Shown: positions 34,462 to 44,082 of the stretch, piece after piece
Position numbering within the stretch: position 1 is the first letter of the stretch
Layout: every line of letters begins with the position of its first letter
DNA from: Brotaphodocola sp.
GTDB lineage: Bacteria; Bacillota; Clostridia; Lachnospirales; Lachnospiraceae
Assembly (NCBI GenBank): GCA_051877535.1
Contig: JBJEIZ010000002.1
Span: 945 to 64,944 of the forward strand
Direction: 5' to 3'
DNA: 64,000 nt
Made by a program: the position numbers and the translations under genes
Notes under the pieces: model-generated
Database searches by the model: none
Seen by the model: the letters and a program-made list of their open reading frames with translations, nothing else
Told to the model about the DNA's origin: nothing

Positions 34462-35097
34462 ATGAAGAACAGAGAAAATCTGGAACAGGAAATTCTGGAC
34501 AGAGAGTGGAACATGTTTACCAATGTGCAGAATGAGGGAGAACGTGCATCATGTCAGGATGACCGTGTAACCTTTGAAGTCATGAGACGGAGTCAGCTGA
34601 CGGTATGGGATGAAGCCTCGATGGCATCCTGGCTGAACGATCTGGAGTCTGCCGAGGCAGAGGGACGCAATCTTATGGCAGACAAATACGGTTTTATGAT
34701 GCAGGATACTGCACCGCAGCAGTACGAAATGGTTCGAGAGTTTTTGCCGGAGCTGAGTCCGGAAAAGAGAACATTGGTGGATAAGCTGACAGACATGCAA
34801 GTACGCTGGATGGAACAATTCCATGAGCAATATCCCTGTTTTGGGGCACAGGGACGGCCAGTTCATAAAGAAGACGCTTGCTGTGGAGATACTTCTCTTG
34901 AAACATATGCCAGAGGGGAATTGTCTTCTTACTCGGAAAATACTCTCCGTCTGCTGATGGAAGATTTTCAAATGCTGGAAAGCCAGGAACAGAATCCGGG
35001 TATGCGGATCATGGAATATATTGCTCATGCCTATGGGTTTGACTCTGTAGATGCAGCGGAAGAGCAGTTGAGAAAACAGCGGGAAAGCAGGAAATGA
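34462..35097 (+). CDS. DUF4125-family protein
   Basis: ILDREWNMFTNVQNEGERASCQDD..TFEVMRRSQ matches my recollection of the DUF4125 signature (EW.MF..V.N.GGRA.CQ). The start is taken at the ATG after AGGAGGA. Confidence 0.65.
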   Translation: MKNRENLEQEILDREWNMFTNVQNEGERASCQDDRVTFEVMRRSQLTVWDEASMASWLNDLESAEAEGRNLMADKYGFMMQDTAPQQYEMVREFLPELSPEKRTLVDKLTDMQVRWMEQFHEQYPCFGAQGRPVHKEDACCGDTSLETYARGELSSYSENTLRLLMEDFQMLESQEQNPGMRIMEYIAHAYGFDSVDAAEEQLRKQRESRK

Positions 35098-35978
35098 TGA
35101 ATATAATGTTTGATTTGGAACAGTTTTATGCAAATCTGGATGAGCACTATGCGGCGCATGACAACCAGGCAACTGAGATTTTTTTACTGCAAAGTCGAGA
35201 GATGGCATTGAATTCACTGCAAAAACCAAATATGGCGTATGTTTCTGTGTGTAATGAACTGGCATGTTTTTATCGTGGACTGAGCCGGTGGAACGAATCG
35301 TTGGAAACTTTTTCACTTGCACAGCAGGAACTGGAATTTGCTTCTTGTCAGGGAACGGAAGAATATGCGACGGTTTTGCTCAATAAAGCAGGCACATATC
35401 GCTATATGAGGGATCTGGACAGTGCGATTTCTCTTTTCAGACAGGCGGCAGATATTCTGGAAATCACAGACGGCAGAAAAGAGATTCTGGCAGGTCTTTA
35501 TAACAATATGGGACTTGTATATCTTGATCTTAGAAATCCGAATCAAGCATTGTCCTATTTTCACAAAGCTCTTCTGATTGTGCAGGAATATGCTCACCAG
35601 ATCGTGGAACAGGGAACAACCTGGAATAATCTGGCGGCTGCTTATCAGGCAGCGGGGGATCAGGAAAAAGCGAAGGAGGCGGCTGCGCATGCAGTTTCTA
35701 TTTTGTCAAAGCTGGATTGCGGAGTGAATCCTCATTATCCTGCAGCTCTGAATACGAGAGGAACGCTTGCGTATCAGGAAGGCCGCTATGAACAGGCGCT
35801 CGCAGATTTTCAGGAGGCATTGGAAAAGACGAAGCTGGTGTATGGGGAGAATGTCGAGTATGCCTGTGGATGTGAAAATTGTGCAGCTGTATGCAGAAAA
35901 CTGGGGAAAAATGCAGAAGCGGAGGTATGGATGCAAAAAGGAACGGCTCTCAGAAAAAAGCTGGGAATGAAGGAATAA
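35094..35978 (+). CDS. Tetratricopeptide-repeat protein
   Basis: It contains multiple TPR units (LLNKAGTYRYMRDLDSAISLFRQA, LYNNMGLVYLDLRNPNQALSYFHKAL, and others). Its ATG overlaps the DUF4125 stop as ATGA. Confidence 0.8.
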   Translation: MMNIMFDLEQFYANLDEHYAAHDNQATEIFLLQSREMALNSLQKPNMAYVSVCNELACFYRGLSRWNESLETFSLAQQELEFASCQGTEEYATVLLNKAGTYRYMRDLDSAISLFRQAADILEITDGRKEILAGLYNNMGLVYLDLRNPNQALSYFHKALLIVQEYAHQIVEQGTTWNNLAAAYQAAGDQEKAKEAAAHAVSILSKLDCGVNPHYPAALNTRGTLAYQEGRYEQALADFQEALEKTKLVYGENVEYACGCENCAAVCRKLGKNAEAEVWMQKGTALRKKLGMKE

Positions 35979-36029
35979 GTCCTTTGTAAAGCGGGCACGA
36001 TCAGAAAGTATGCAAAAGGAGAACGAAAT

Positions 36030-36956
36030 ATGAGAGGAATAGAATTATCCCGCGGATATTACGAAACCTACGGCAAACTGATGATTCACGAACAATTTCC
36101 GGAGTATGAACATCGGATCGCTGTTGGTCTCGTAGGGGAAGGTTCCGAATGCTTTGGATTTGATGATGAAATTTCGCGGGATCATGATTTCGGTCCGGCA
36201 TTTTGCATGTGGCTGAATCATGAAGATATAGCAGCAATTGGAAAACAGCTGCAGGAAGCATATGAAAATCTTCCTGGAGAATATGGTGGTTTGCCGGTAC
36301 GGAGAGATCACAAAATGACCGGGCACAGAACCGGTGTGTGGGAAATTGGTGATTTTTACAATCACTTTTTGGGGACTCCGGGTGTTTTTCAGGATTCTAT
36401 GCGTTGGCTGCATTTGCCGGAACATTATTTTGCAGTAGCAGTCAATGGCGAGGTGTTCTGTGATGAGGCAGGGGAATTTACTGCGATTCGGGAACAACTG
36501 CTTCAGGGTTATCCGGAAGATATCCGGATTAAAAAGATGGTTGCCCGGGCAGCGACAATGTCTCAGTCCGGACAGTATAATTATCCGCGCTCAGTCAATC
36601 GTGGGGAACCGGTAGCGGCCGAATTGGCATTGTCAGAATTTATCAAAAATGGGATGTCTATGATTTATTTGCTGAACCATCGATATGCACCTTTTTATAA
36701 ATGGATGCATCGCGGGTTGAGGGATTTACCGATTTTTCCGGAATCATGGGAATTGTTCCTGTCTCTGACCGATGATCACGCAGATGCATACAGCCGTATG
36801 GATGCGATAGAAACGATCTGTATGCGGATTGCAGAAGAGTGGAAGCGGCAGGGATTAGTGGAAAGATGCGATCCGTTTTTGCAGAATCTGCTGCCGGAAT
36901 TGATGGAAAAAATCAGTGACAGCCGTATTCGTGGGCTGCATTGGATGGAAGGATAA
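36030..36956 (+). CDS. DUF4037-domain protein with an N-terminal nucleotidyltransferase-fold motif
   Basis: MRGIELSRGYYETYGKLMI..FPEY..RIAVGLVGEGSECFGFDDEISRDHDFGP carries a Pol-beta NTase-like G(S)x..D.D pattern and the typical DUF4037 N-terminus. Confidence 0.65.
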   Translation: MRGIELSRGYYETYGKLMIHEQFPEYEHRIAVGLVGEGSECFGFDDEISRDHDFGPAFCMWLNHEDIAAIGKQLQEAYENLPGEYGGLPVRRDHKMTGHRTGVWEIGDFYNHFLGTPGVFQDSMRWLHLPEHYFAVAVNGEVFCDEAGEFTAIREQLLQGYPEDIRIKKMVARAATMSQSGQYNYPRSVNRGEPVAAELALSEFIKNGMSMIYLLNHRYAPFYKWMHRGLRDLPIFPESWELFLSLTDDHADAYSRMDAIETICMRIAEEWKRQGLVERCDPFLQNLLPELMEKISDSRIRGLHWMEG

Positions 36957-36968
36957 GAGATGTATGCA

Positions 36969-37001
36969 TATAAGGCGAGCTGTCTGGCAGCTCGCCTTAT
37001 A
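36969..37001. terminator. Bidirectional terminator (14-bp stem)
   Basis: TATAAGGCGAGCTG-TCTGG-CAGCTCGCCTTATA. Confidence 0.75.
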
Positions 37002-37020
37002 TGTCTTTTAAGATAAAAAT

Positions 37021-38454
37021 TTAGTATCCCACTGGTTCCCCAATATGGCGGATATTCGTATATTTTGCAATATCGTGGTCAGTTGTCACCAGGCAGTCAA
37101 CAGACAGATCATGTACGGAATGGCGGCCGGTAACACGGGCAAATGTTTTTAATTCTGCCAGAGAGACATTCAGATAGTTGGCTACTCTCTGTGCTGCAGC
37201 TTCGGTGTGCAGTCTTGCACGAAGCTCCGGGTCCTGGGTTGCAATGCCGACCGGACATTTGCCGCTGCCGCAGATGCGGTACTGCTGGCAGGCAGCGGCA
37301 ATCATGGCTCCGCTGGCTACTGCGACGGCATCTGCACCCATAGCGAGAGCTTTGGCAAAATCAGCAGAAACGCGCAGTCCTCCGGTGATGACCAGAGAAA
37401 TATCGGAGCGAACGGAGTCTAAATATTTTCTGGCACGGTAAAGAGCATAAATGGTTGGTATCGTAGTGGCTTCTCTGAGGAAGAGCGGACTGGAGCCGGT
37501 TGCGCCTCCTCTGCCGTCAATGGTGATGAAATCCGGCTGTGCGAATACACAATATTCCAGATCTGCTTCGATTCTTCCAGCTGCAATCTTGATACCGATC
37601 GGTCTGCCGTCGGAACGTGCCCGCAGCATATCAACCATAGCTTTCAGATCTTCTTTAGAATTTAGTTCCGGGAATTTGCTTGGACTCTGAATATCATTTC
37701 CAGGCTTCTTACCGCGAATAGCAGCGATTTCTGCTGTAACCTTTTCTCCAGGCAGATGTCCGCCCATACCAGGTTTCGTTCCCTGACCGATCTTGATCTC
37801 AATGGCATCAGCTCTGCGCAGATTTTCATCAGTCACACTATATTTATTTGGAATGTACTCAAAAATATATTTATAAGCGGCCTCACGTTCTTCTGGAAGA
37901 ATGCCTCCTTCGCCGCTGCACATTGCTGTCTTTGCAAGGGCAGAACCTTTAGCCAGAGCAATTTTCGTTTCTTTGGACAGGGCACCGAAGGACATATGGG
38001 AAATATAAATCGGGCTTCCAAGAATCATCGGCCTTTTTGCATGTTTTCCAATGACCGTAGTCGTATCCACCGGGTCTTCATCATTTAAAGGCGGAGGATT
38101 CAACTGTGCTCCAAGCATCAGGATATCATCCCAGCCGGGCATTGGCATTTGAGTACACATTGCACCGCTCAATGAGTGTCCCGTCACTGCCATCTGATGG
38201 ATTTCAGCCATGTAACGGCAAGTAGGGTCAATTCTGGAAGTGGCGGCATCGTAATCAAGTGTGCCGGAAGGAGTTGGTGCTGCAGTTTCACTGGAAATGG
38301 ATGATGCTGCAGACGGTGCTGCTTCATCGGAAATCAGAACAAACCTGGATGCAGGTTGTTTACAAATCGGGCAGCAGGAAAGTTCCGAAATCGGAAGTCC
38401 CTCTTTTTCCTCATCGTAGATTGCGCCGCAGACTGAGCATTTGTAAATCGCCAT
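37021..38454 (-). CDS. Glutamate-synthase-related FMN-binding protein (GltB domain-2 type) with an N-terminal rubredoxin-like zinc ribbon
   Basis: The N-terminus reads YKCSVCGAIYDEE...CCPICKQPASRF. The core has GEGG, GQGTKPGMGGHLPG, IDGRGGATGSSP and ITGGLR. The start is taken at the ATG after GGGGAGG. Confidence 0.8.
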   Translation of the reverse strand: MAIYKCSVCGAIYDEEKEGLPISELSCCPICKQPASRFVLISDEAAPSAASSISSETAAPTPSGTLDYDAATSRIDPTCRYMAEIHQMAVTGHSLSGAMCTQMPMPGWDDILMLGAQLNPPPLNDEDPVDTTTVIGKHAKRPMILGSPIYISHMSFGALSKETKIALAKGSALAKTAMCSGEGGILPEEREAAYKYIFEYIPNKYSVTDENLRRADAIEIKIGQGTKPGMGGHLPGEKVTAEIAAIRGKKPGNDIQSPSKFPELNSKEDLKAMVDMLRARSDGRPIGIKIAAGRIEADLEYCVFAQPDFITIDGRGGATGSSPLFLREATTIPTIYALYRARKYLDSVRSDISLVITGGLRVSADFAKALAMGADAVAVASGAMIAAACQQYRICGSGKCPVGIATQDPELRARLHTEAAAQRVANYLNVSLAELKTFARVTGRHSVHDLSVDCLVTTDHDIAKYTNIRHIGEPVGY

Positions 38455-38857
38455 AAAATACCTCCCCAATATAAAATTTCAACACATACAATAATAGTAT
38501 TTATTACTATTATCTATCATATTAGTCGATTTGTCAAGACAATTATGATTTTCCGGCATTAGTCATTTGATCCTTACAGACGGGTATTGCATTTTGACGA
38601 GCAGCAGTTCATCGCCGACGCTGCCTAGTATGGTTACGCTATCTTAACCCAGCAAAAGATGGTCCCCTTTTTTGATATTTTTTGTTAAAAAAATCAATTG
38701 CTTTTTCCCAGTGTTTAAGGTAAATTATGATACCAAGTTTTTTTTAAATTAATAAGAGAATTGCGGGAGTGCAAAGCATGAAGCAATTCGGTATCAGAGG
38801 TGTCAAAAGACCTTTTGCCACCCAACATCTTAATGAAGAAAGGTTCAGGATGAAAGC

Positions 38858-40231
38858 ATGGACAATAAAATAATGAAGGATATGACGATCGGTTCACCAA
38901 CGAAACTTCTGCTGGGGTTTTTCTTTCCAATGCTTTTAGGAATGTTGTTTCAGCAATTTTATAATATGGTGGACACCATTATTGTAGGAAAATATCTTGG
39001 TGTACAGGCATTGGCGGCTGTTGGTTCTACGGGTTCCATCAACTTTATGATCATTGGTTTCTGCATGGGTGTGTGCAATGGTTTTGCGATTCCGGTAGCA
39101 CAGAAATTCGGAGAGAAGAATTACAGTCAACTGCGCAAATTCGTGGCAAATGGTGCCTGGCTGTCGATTTTGTTTGCCGGCGTTATGACTGTGGTGGTCT
39201 GCATACTCTGCAGGGACATTTTGGTATGGATGGATACGCCGAATGATATACTGGATGGGGCTTATGCTTACATCTTTGTGATTTTTCTTGGGATTCCGGC
39301 TACTTATCTCTATAATATAGTATCCGGTGTGATCCGTTCTCTGGGAGACAGCAAAACACCTTTGGTTTTTCTGATTATTTCTTCCGTCATGAATATCATA
39401 CTGGATCTGATTATGATCGTGGTATTTCAGATGGGAGTGGCAGGTGCAGCCTGGGCTACGGTCATTGCACAGGCAGTTTCCGGAATTTCCTGTTTGGTGT
39501 ATATGGCGAAACACTATGAAGTTCTTCGTATGACGCGGGATGAGGCACAGCCGGACGGAAATATCATGAAAATCCTCTGCAATATGGGAATACCGATGGG
39601 CATTCAGTATTCCATTACTGCAATCGGAAGCGTTGTGCTGCAGACAGCAGTAAATGGTCTGGGATCTATGGCAGTAGCTGCAGTTACCGCCGGTTCAAAA
39701 ATCGGTATGTTTTTCTGCTGTCCATATGATGCGCTTGGTTCAACAATGGCAACCTACGGCGGTCAGAACATAGGAGCAAACAAGCTGGATCGTATCAACG
39801 AAGGTCTGCGGGCTGCTGTGATCATGGGCGGCGTTTACTCGGCAGCGGCAATTGTGATTCTAATTGTATTCGGAAGACCTTTGGGGCTTCTCTTTCTGGA
39901 TGCAGGACAGGAGGAAATATTGAGTCAGGTACATCTGTTTTTGATCGTCAATGCCGCTTTTTATTTTCCTCTGGCGCTGGTTAATATTGTCCGGTTCCTG
40001 ATTCAGGGAATGGGGTATTCGAAATTAGCTGTTCTGGCAGGTGTCTGTGAGATGTTTGCCCGTTCTTTTGTGGGTTTTTGTATGGTTCCTCTGTTTGGAT
40101 ATCTGGCAGTCTGTTTTGCCAGTCCGTGCGCGTGGATTGCAGCAGATGCATTTCTGGTTCCATCGTATTGGAGTATCATGAAAAAGTTGAAGGGGAGGCA
40201 GATAGGAATTGAGTTTTCCTCAAAAAGATAG
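38858..40231 (+). CDS. MATE-family efflux transporter
   Basis: 457 aa with 12 predicted TM segments. MATE N-terminal pattern PTKLLLGFFFPMLLGMLFQQFYNMVDTIIVGKYLG. Confidence 0.85.
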   Translation: MDNKIMKDMTIGSPTKLLLGFFFPMLLGMLFQQFYNMVDTIIVGKYLGVQALAAVGSTGSINFMIIGFCMGVCNGFAIPVAQKFGEKNYSQLRKFVANGAWLSILFAGVMTVVVCILCRDILVWMDTPNDILDGAYAYIFVIFLGIPATYLYNIVSGVIRSLGDSKTPLVFLIISSVMNIILDLIMIVVFQMGVAGAAWATVIAQAVSGISCLVYMAKHYEVLRMTRDEAQPDGNIMKILCNMGIPMGIQYSITAIGSVVLQTAVNGLGSMAVAAVTAGSKIGMFFCCPYDALGSTMATYGGQNIGANKLDRINEGLRAAVIMGGVYSAAAIVILIVFGRPLGLLFLDAGQEEILSQVHLFLIVNAAFYFPLALVNIVRFLIQGMGYSKLAVLAGVCEMFARSFVGFCMVPLFGYLAVCFASPCAWIAADAFLVPSYWSIMKKLKGRQIGIEFSSKR

Positions 40232-40274
40232 TATAAATACTTTATAAATGCTATGAAAGGAAAGAGGGCTAGGT

Positions 40275-41558
40275 ATGAACATACGTTTTTATAATGCGGA
40301 AATTCTCTCCATGAATCAGACGATGAATTTGGTTCATGGAGAAGTATGGGTGGAAGGAAATCGTATTACCTATGTGGGACCTGCACGAATCGGTACAGAA
40401 ATAAGCCATATGCCGGTCTGGGATCGTGAAATCGATGCGGATGGGAATATGATCATGCCGGGATTTAAAAATGCTCATACCCACTCTGCTATGACGTTTC
40501 TGCGTTCTTATGCGGATGATCTTCCGCTCCAGGAGTGGCTGAATCATCGGGTGTTTCCGATGGAAGCAAAATTAAAACCACGGCATATTTACTGGCTTTC
40601 CAAGCTGGCGATCATGGAATACCTGACCAGCGGCATTACGTCCGCTTTTGATATGTACCTCAACCCGGAAATGATGGCGAAAGCCTCGATGGAATGTGGT
40701 TTTCGCACGGTACTGGTCAGCGGTCTCAATGATTTTTCCTTTTCGCTTCCGGAGATTGCATCATACTATCAGACATATAATCAGATGGATGAACGAATCC
40801 GGTACTGTCTTGGTTTTCATGCGGAATATACCTGCTCAGAAGAATTACTGAGAGGGGTTGCCGAACTTGCGCATAAGTATCAGGCACCGGTATTTGCTCA
40901 TCTTTCCGAGACGTGCAATGAGGTGGAAGGATGCGTGCAGCGTCACGGCAAGACTCCGGTATCTTATCTGGATTCTCTTGGGATGTTCGATTACGGAGGA
41001 GGTGGGTATCATTGTGTCTGGCTGACAGAAGAGGAGATGGAAATTTTCCGTCAAAAGGAACTGACAGCAGTGACCAATCCGGGTTCTAATGTGAAGCTTG
41101 CCAGTGGTATGGCAAACACTTCGGAATTGTTAAAACGTGGTATTAACGTGGCGATTGGAACCGATGGACCGGCGAGCAATAACTGCCTTGACATGTTTCG
41201 TGAGATGTTCCTTGTGACGGGGCTTGCAAAGCTGCGTGATAAGAATGCAGCAGCAGTACCGGCAGAGGATGTGCTTCGGATGGCAGTATGTGGCGGTGCA
41301 AAAGCGATGGGATTAGATGATTGTGACTGTCTGGCAGAAGGAAAACTGGCAGATCTGATTATGATCGATATGCATCAGCCGAATATGCAGCCAGTCAATC
41401 ATCCGGTGAAGAATCTGGTCTACAGCGGCAGTAAGCAGAATGTTAAGCTGACGATGGTCAATGGAACCATTCTTTATGAAGATCAGAAATTTTTTATCGG
41501 TGTGGAGCCGGAAGAGGTTTATCGGAAAGCAAATGAGATTATTGCGGGTATGCGGTGA
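40275..41558 (+). CDS. Amidohydrolase (MtaD / chlorohydrolase-type deaminase family)
   Basis: Metal-binding motif PGFKNAHTHSAM..., HLSE, GTDGPASNN and about 427 aa. The substrate is not assignable from sequence alone. Confidence 0.7.
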   Translation: MNIRFYNAEILSMNQTMNLVHGEVWVEGNRITYVGPARIGTEISHMPVWDREIDADGNMIMPGFKNAHTHSAMTFLRSYADDLPLQEWLNHRVFPMEAKLKPRHIYWLSKLAIMEYLTSGITSAFDMYLNPEMMAKASMECGFRTVLVSGLNDFSFSLPEIASYYQTYNQMDERIRYCLGFHAEYTCSEELLRGVAELAHKYQAPVFAHLSETCNEVEGCVQRHGKTPVSYLDSLGMFDYGGGGYHCVWLTEEEMEIFRQKELTAVTNPGSNVKLASGMANTSELLKRGINVAIGTDGPASNNCLDMFREMFLVTGLAKLRDKNAAAVPAEDVLRMAVCGGAKAMGLDDCDCLAEGKLADLIMIDMHQPNMQPVNHPVKNLVYSGSKQNVKLTMVNGTILYEDQKFFIGVEPEEVYRKANEIIAGMR

Positions 41559-41582
41559 TAAAAAAAGGAAAATCCAGCAAAG

Positions 41583-41635
41583 AAAAAGGAGTTTTGCGAT
41601 CATGATTTTAATCACGGTCACAAAACTCCTTTTTT
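41583..41635. terminator. Bidirectional terminator
   Basis: AAAAAGGAGTTTTG ... CAAAACTCCTTTTT. Confidence 0.75.
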
Positions 41636-41664
41636 ATCTATATGTAGGTTGCCTGCATCTGCAA

Positions 41665-43155
41665 TCAATCACTTTCATTCAGTTCTTTTGCAGCTTCCTT
41701 CTGGATATCCGGGAAGGCAGAGAGCATTGGCTCTTCATCGATACCGCGGATATGACGGTCTACATAGTTTTTCGTAATCTTACAAACAATCGGTGACAGG
41801 CTCAGGACACCAATTAAGTTCGGAATTGCCATTAGTCCGTTGAATGTATCGGATAAATCCCATGCAAGATCCAGACTCATGGTTGCGCCGCCGAGAATGA
41901 ATACGATAAAGATTACCCGGTAAATGATAGTTGCTCCCGGTCCAAACAGATACTGGAAAGCAATGGTGCCATAGTGACTCCATCCAAGAACTGTTGAGAA
42001 TGCAAACAGCAGGATGGCAAGAGCGATAAATGCAGGTCCTGCCTGACCAAATACGGTTGCAAATGCTTCTCCAACCAGTGCGGAGCCTTCAGAAGAGCTG
42101 ATAACGGCGCCGGTTTCAAGGTCTACGAGACCGGATGATAATACGGTAAATGCAGTCAGGCTGCAGACTACAATAGTGTCTGCAAATACTTCAAAGATAC
42201 CCCACATACCCTGACGTACAGGTTCTTTTACGTTTGAGCTGGAGTGAACCATTACGGAAGAACCAAGACCTGCTTCATTCGAGAACACACCTCGTTTCAT
42301 ACCCCAGGTAACAGCCATCTTGATGCCGGAACCGACGATACCGCCGCCAACGGCTTTCATGGCAAATGCGCCTTTAAAAATGGATGTCAGAACTGCACCC
42401 AACTGATCAGCATTGGAAATGCAGATGATCAGGGAACCAATGACATAAATAATTGCCATAAAAGGAACCAGTTTTTCGGTTACAGATGCAATTCTCTTAA
42501 TACCACCCAGAATAACCAGACCTGCCAGGATCATCAGGACAATACCGGTTACCACATTCGGAATGCCAAAAGCAGCTTTCATGTTGCCGGCAATGGAGTT
42601 GATCTGGCTCATATTGCCGATACCAAAGGATGCCAACAGACAGAAAACGGAAAACAGAACAGCCAGAATCGCTCCGACCTGGCTCATTCCCTTCTTGGCG
42701 CCGAGACCGTCTCTTAAATAGTACATGGCGCCTCCGCACCATTCTCCTTTTACATTTTTTCTGCGGTAGTAGATACCCAGAACATTTTCAGAATAGTTTG
42801 TCATCATTCCGAAGAAAGCAACGATCCACATCCAGAAAATGGCACCTGGACCACCAAACAGAAGTGCGGAAGCCACGCCGACAATATTGCCGGTGCCGAT
42901 TGTGGCAGCCAGAGCGGTACAGAGAGACTGGAACTGGGATATGGATTTATCATCCTCACCTGTGTGTCGGGTGATGTGTTTGTCTGTAAAAATGCTGCCC
43001 AATGTGTGCCGCATCCAGTAGCCGATGTGGGAAATCTGAAAAACTTTTGTCAGTATGGTCATCAGAATTCCGGTTCCAACCAACAGCACCAGCATGGGGA
43101 GTCCCCAGACAAAGCCGTTAATGATTCCGTTGATATGCGCGATCTTTTCAATCAT
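41665..43155 (-). CDS. Alanine/glycine:cation symporter (AGCS family)
   Basis: TIGTGNIVGVASALLFGGPGAIFWMW and GVFSNEAGLGS. The start is taken at the ATG after GGAGGA. Confidence 0.85.
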   Translation of the reverse strand: MIEKIAHINGIINGFVWGLPMLVLLVGTGILMTILTKVFQISHIGYWMRHTLGSIFTDKHITRHTGEDDKSISQFQSLCTALAATIGTGNIVGVASALLFGGPGAIFWMWIVAFFGMMTNYSENVLGIYYRRKNVKGEWCGGAMYYLRDGLGAKKGMSQVGAILAVLFSVFCLLASFGIGNMSQINSIAGNMKAAFGIPNVVTGIVLMILAGLVILGGIKRIASVTEKLVPFMAIIYVIGSLIICISNADQLGAVLTSIFKGAFAMKAVGGGIVGSGIKMAVTWGMKRGVFSNEAGLGSSVMVHSSSNVKEPVRQGMWGIFEVFADTIVVCSLTAFTVLSSGLVDLETGAVISSSEGSALVGEAFATVFGQAGPAFIALAILLFAFSTVLGWSHYGTIAFQYLFGPGATIIYRVIFIVFILGGATMSLDLAWDLSDTFNGLMAIPNLIGVLSLSPIVCKITKNYVDRHIRGIDEEPMLSAFPDIQKEAAKELNESD

Positions 43156-43261
43156 ACTCAAATCCTCCTCGATATCTGTGTATAGAGTAAACAAAACAAA
43201 AACCTCTGTTTCAAGTAAATGCAGTGTGATGCGTCACCGGCACGCTGCCTTGCATTCCGTG

Positions 43262-43295
43262 AATAGAAAAGCAGGGGGTGATCGATTCCTCCTGC
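43262..43295 (-). terminator. Candidate attenuator inside the 5' leader of the AGCS gene
   Basis: The minus strand reads GCAGGAGG-AATCGATCAC-CCCCTGC followed by TTTTCTATT, about 110 nt upstream of the ATG. Confidence 0.4.
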
Positions 43296-43399
43296 TCTTG
43301 ATACTTGTGTATACAGAAATTCGTCAGTCGGGGACACCATAAATAAATATCTGCCCCATTGCAAATACCTGTTTTGTGCTCTGTTCACTTTACCATAAC

Positions 43400-43428
43400 A
43401 AAATATCACAGCAGCAAAGGCTTGTCAA
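43400..43428 (-). promoter_or_regulatory. Candidate promoter of the AGCS gene
   Basis: The minus strand reads TTGACA-17-TATTTT with an extended -10 (TGaTATTTT). This leaves a leader of about 240 nt. Confidence 0.45.
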
Positions 43429-43496
43429 GATAAAAGTTCCGGGCGTTTGTATCTCTTTTGTATTTATAGCGGGTTTTCTGGTTGCACTTTCTGGAT

Positions 43497-43895
43497 TTAC
43501 AGAGGTAACCCAAGAAACATGGTAAAAATTCCTGCGGCGAGCAGTGTTCCTTCCTGATTTGTTATTTCTACCTGATGCACAGCTGTTTTTTTCCCTTTAT
43601 GCATGACATTCGCTTCCACATAAATGGTTCCGGAGTGAATCCCCTTAAAAAAACTGAAACTGCTGCATTGAGTAACGTTGGAAATCCCATAGGCGTAGGT
43701 AGCCATTCCGGCTACTGCGTCGCAAATAGAAAATAAAAAACCGCCATGAGCATTTCCGTATAAGTTCCGTGCATCTTCTGTAATAGATATGGAAACTTTG
43801 GCATGTCCCGGTTCAATTTCCAGAATTTCGGCATTCCGAAAACTGCCGATCGGCTTTAAATGTTGCCGGATGCCGTCCATAAGATCAGATCTCAT
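43497..43895 (-). CDS. PaaI-family (hotdog) acyl-CoA thioesterase
   Basis: NLYGNAHGGFLFSICDAVAGMA. The start is taken at the ATG after AGGAGG. Confidence 0.8.
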   Translation of the reverse strand: MRSDLMDGIRQHLKPIGSFRNAEILEIEPGHAKVSISITEDARNLYGNAHGGFLFSICDAVAGMATYAYGISNVTQCSSFSFFKGIHSGTIYVEANVMHKGKKTAVHQVEITNQEGTLLAAGIFTMFLGLPL

Positions 43896-44039
43896 CGATG
43901 AAAACCTCCTTAAAATGGTCAAAGATTGTTAATAAAATTACATAAAAATACTATAACATTGTATAAATGCAAATACAATCAAAAGAATGATTGATAGGAA
44001 TTAGCTATTAATTACGAAAAAAAGGTCGATTACAGCCGA

Positions 44040-44069
44040 TTGGATATTTGTTTGCATAGTTGCTATAAT
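44040..44069 (+). promoter_or_regulatory. Candidate promoter of the acyl-CoA operon
   Basis: TTGGAT-18-TATAAT. Confidence 0.5.
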
Positions 44070-44082
44070 CAAACCATAGAAA

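Noticed and set aside
38470-38857. Considered whether the 388-bp intergenic region upstream of the MATE pump holds a riboswitch, because of its hairpins (GAATTGC...GCAATTC; GGTGTCAAAA-GACC-TTTTGCCACC).
   Set aside because: No match to any riboswitch core I know; for example, there are no ACGR loops as in guanidine-II. No terminator follows. Part of the region is probably just the divergent promoters, with TTGACA-17-GATAAT serving the minus-strand gene.
43156-43428. Considered a glycine riboswitch upstream of the AGCS transporter.
   Set aside because: The conserved aptamer cores were not found by eye. The region is kept only as an unclassified leader with an attenuator-like hairpin.
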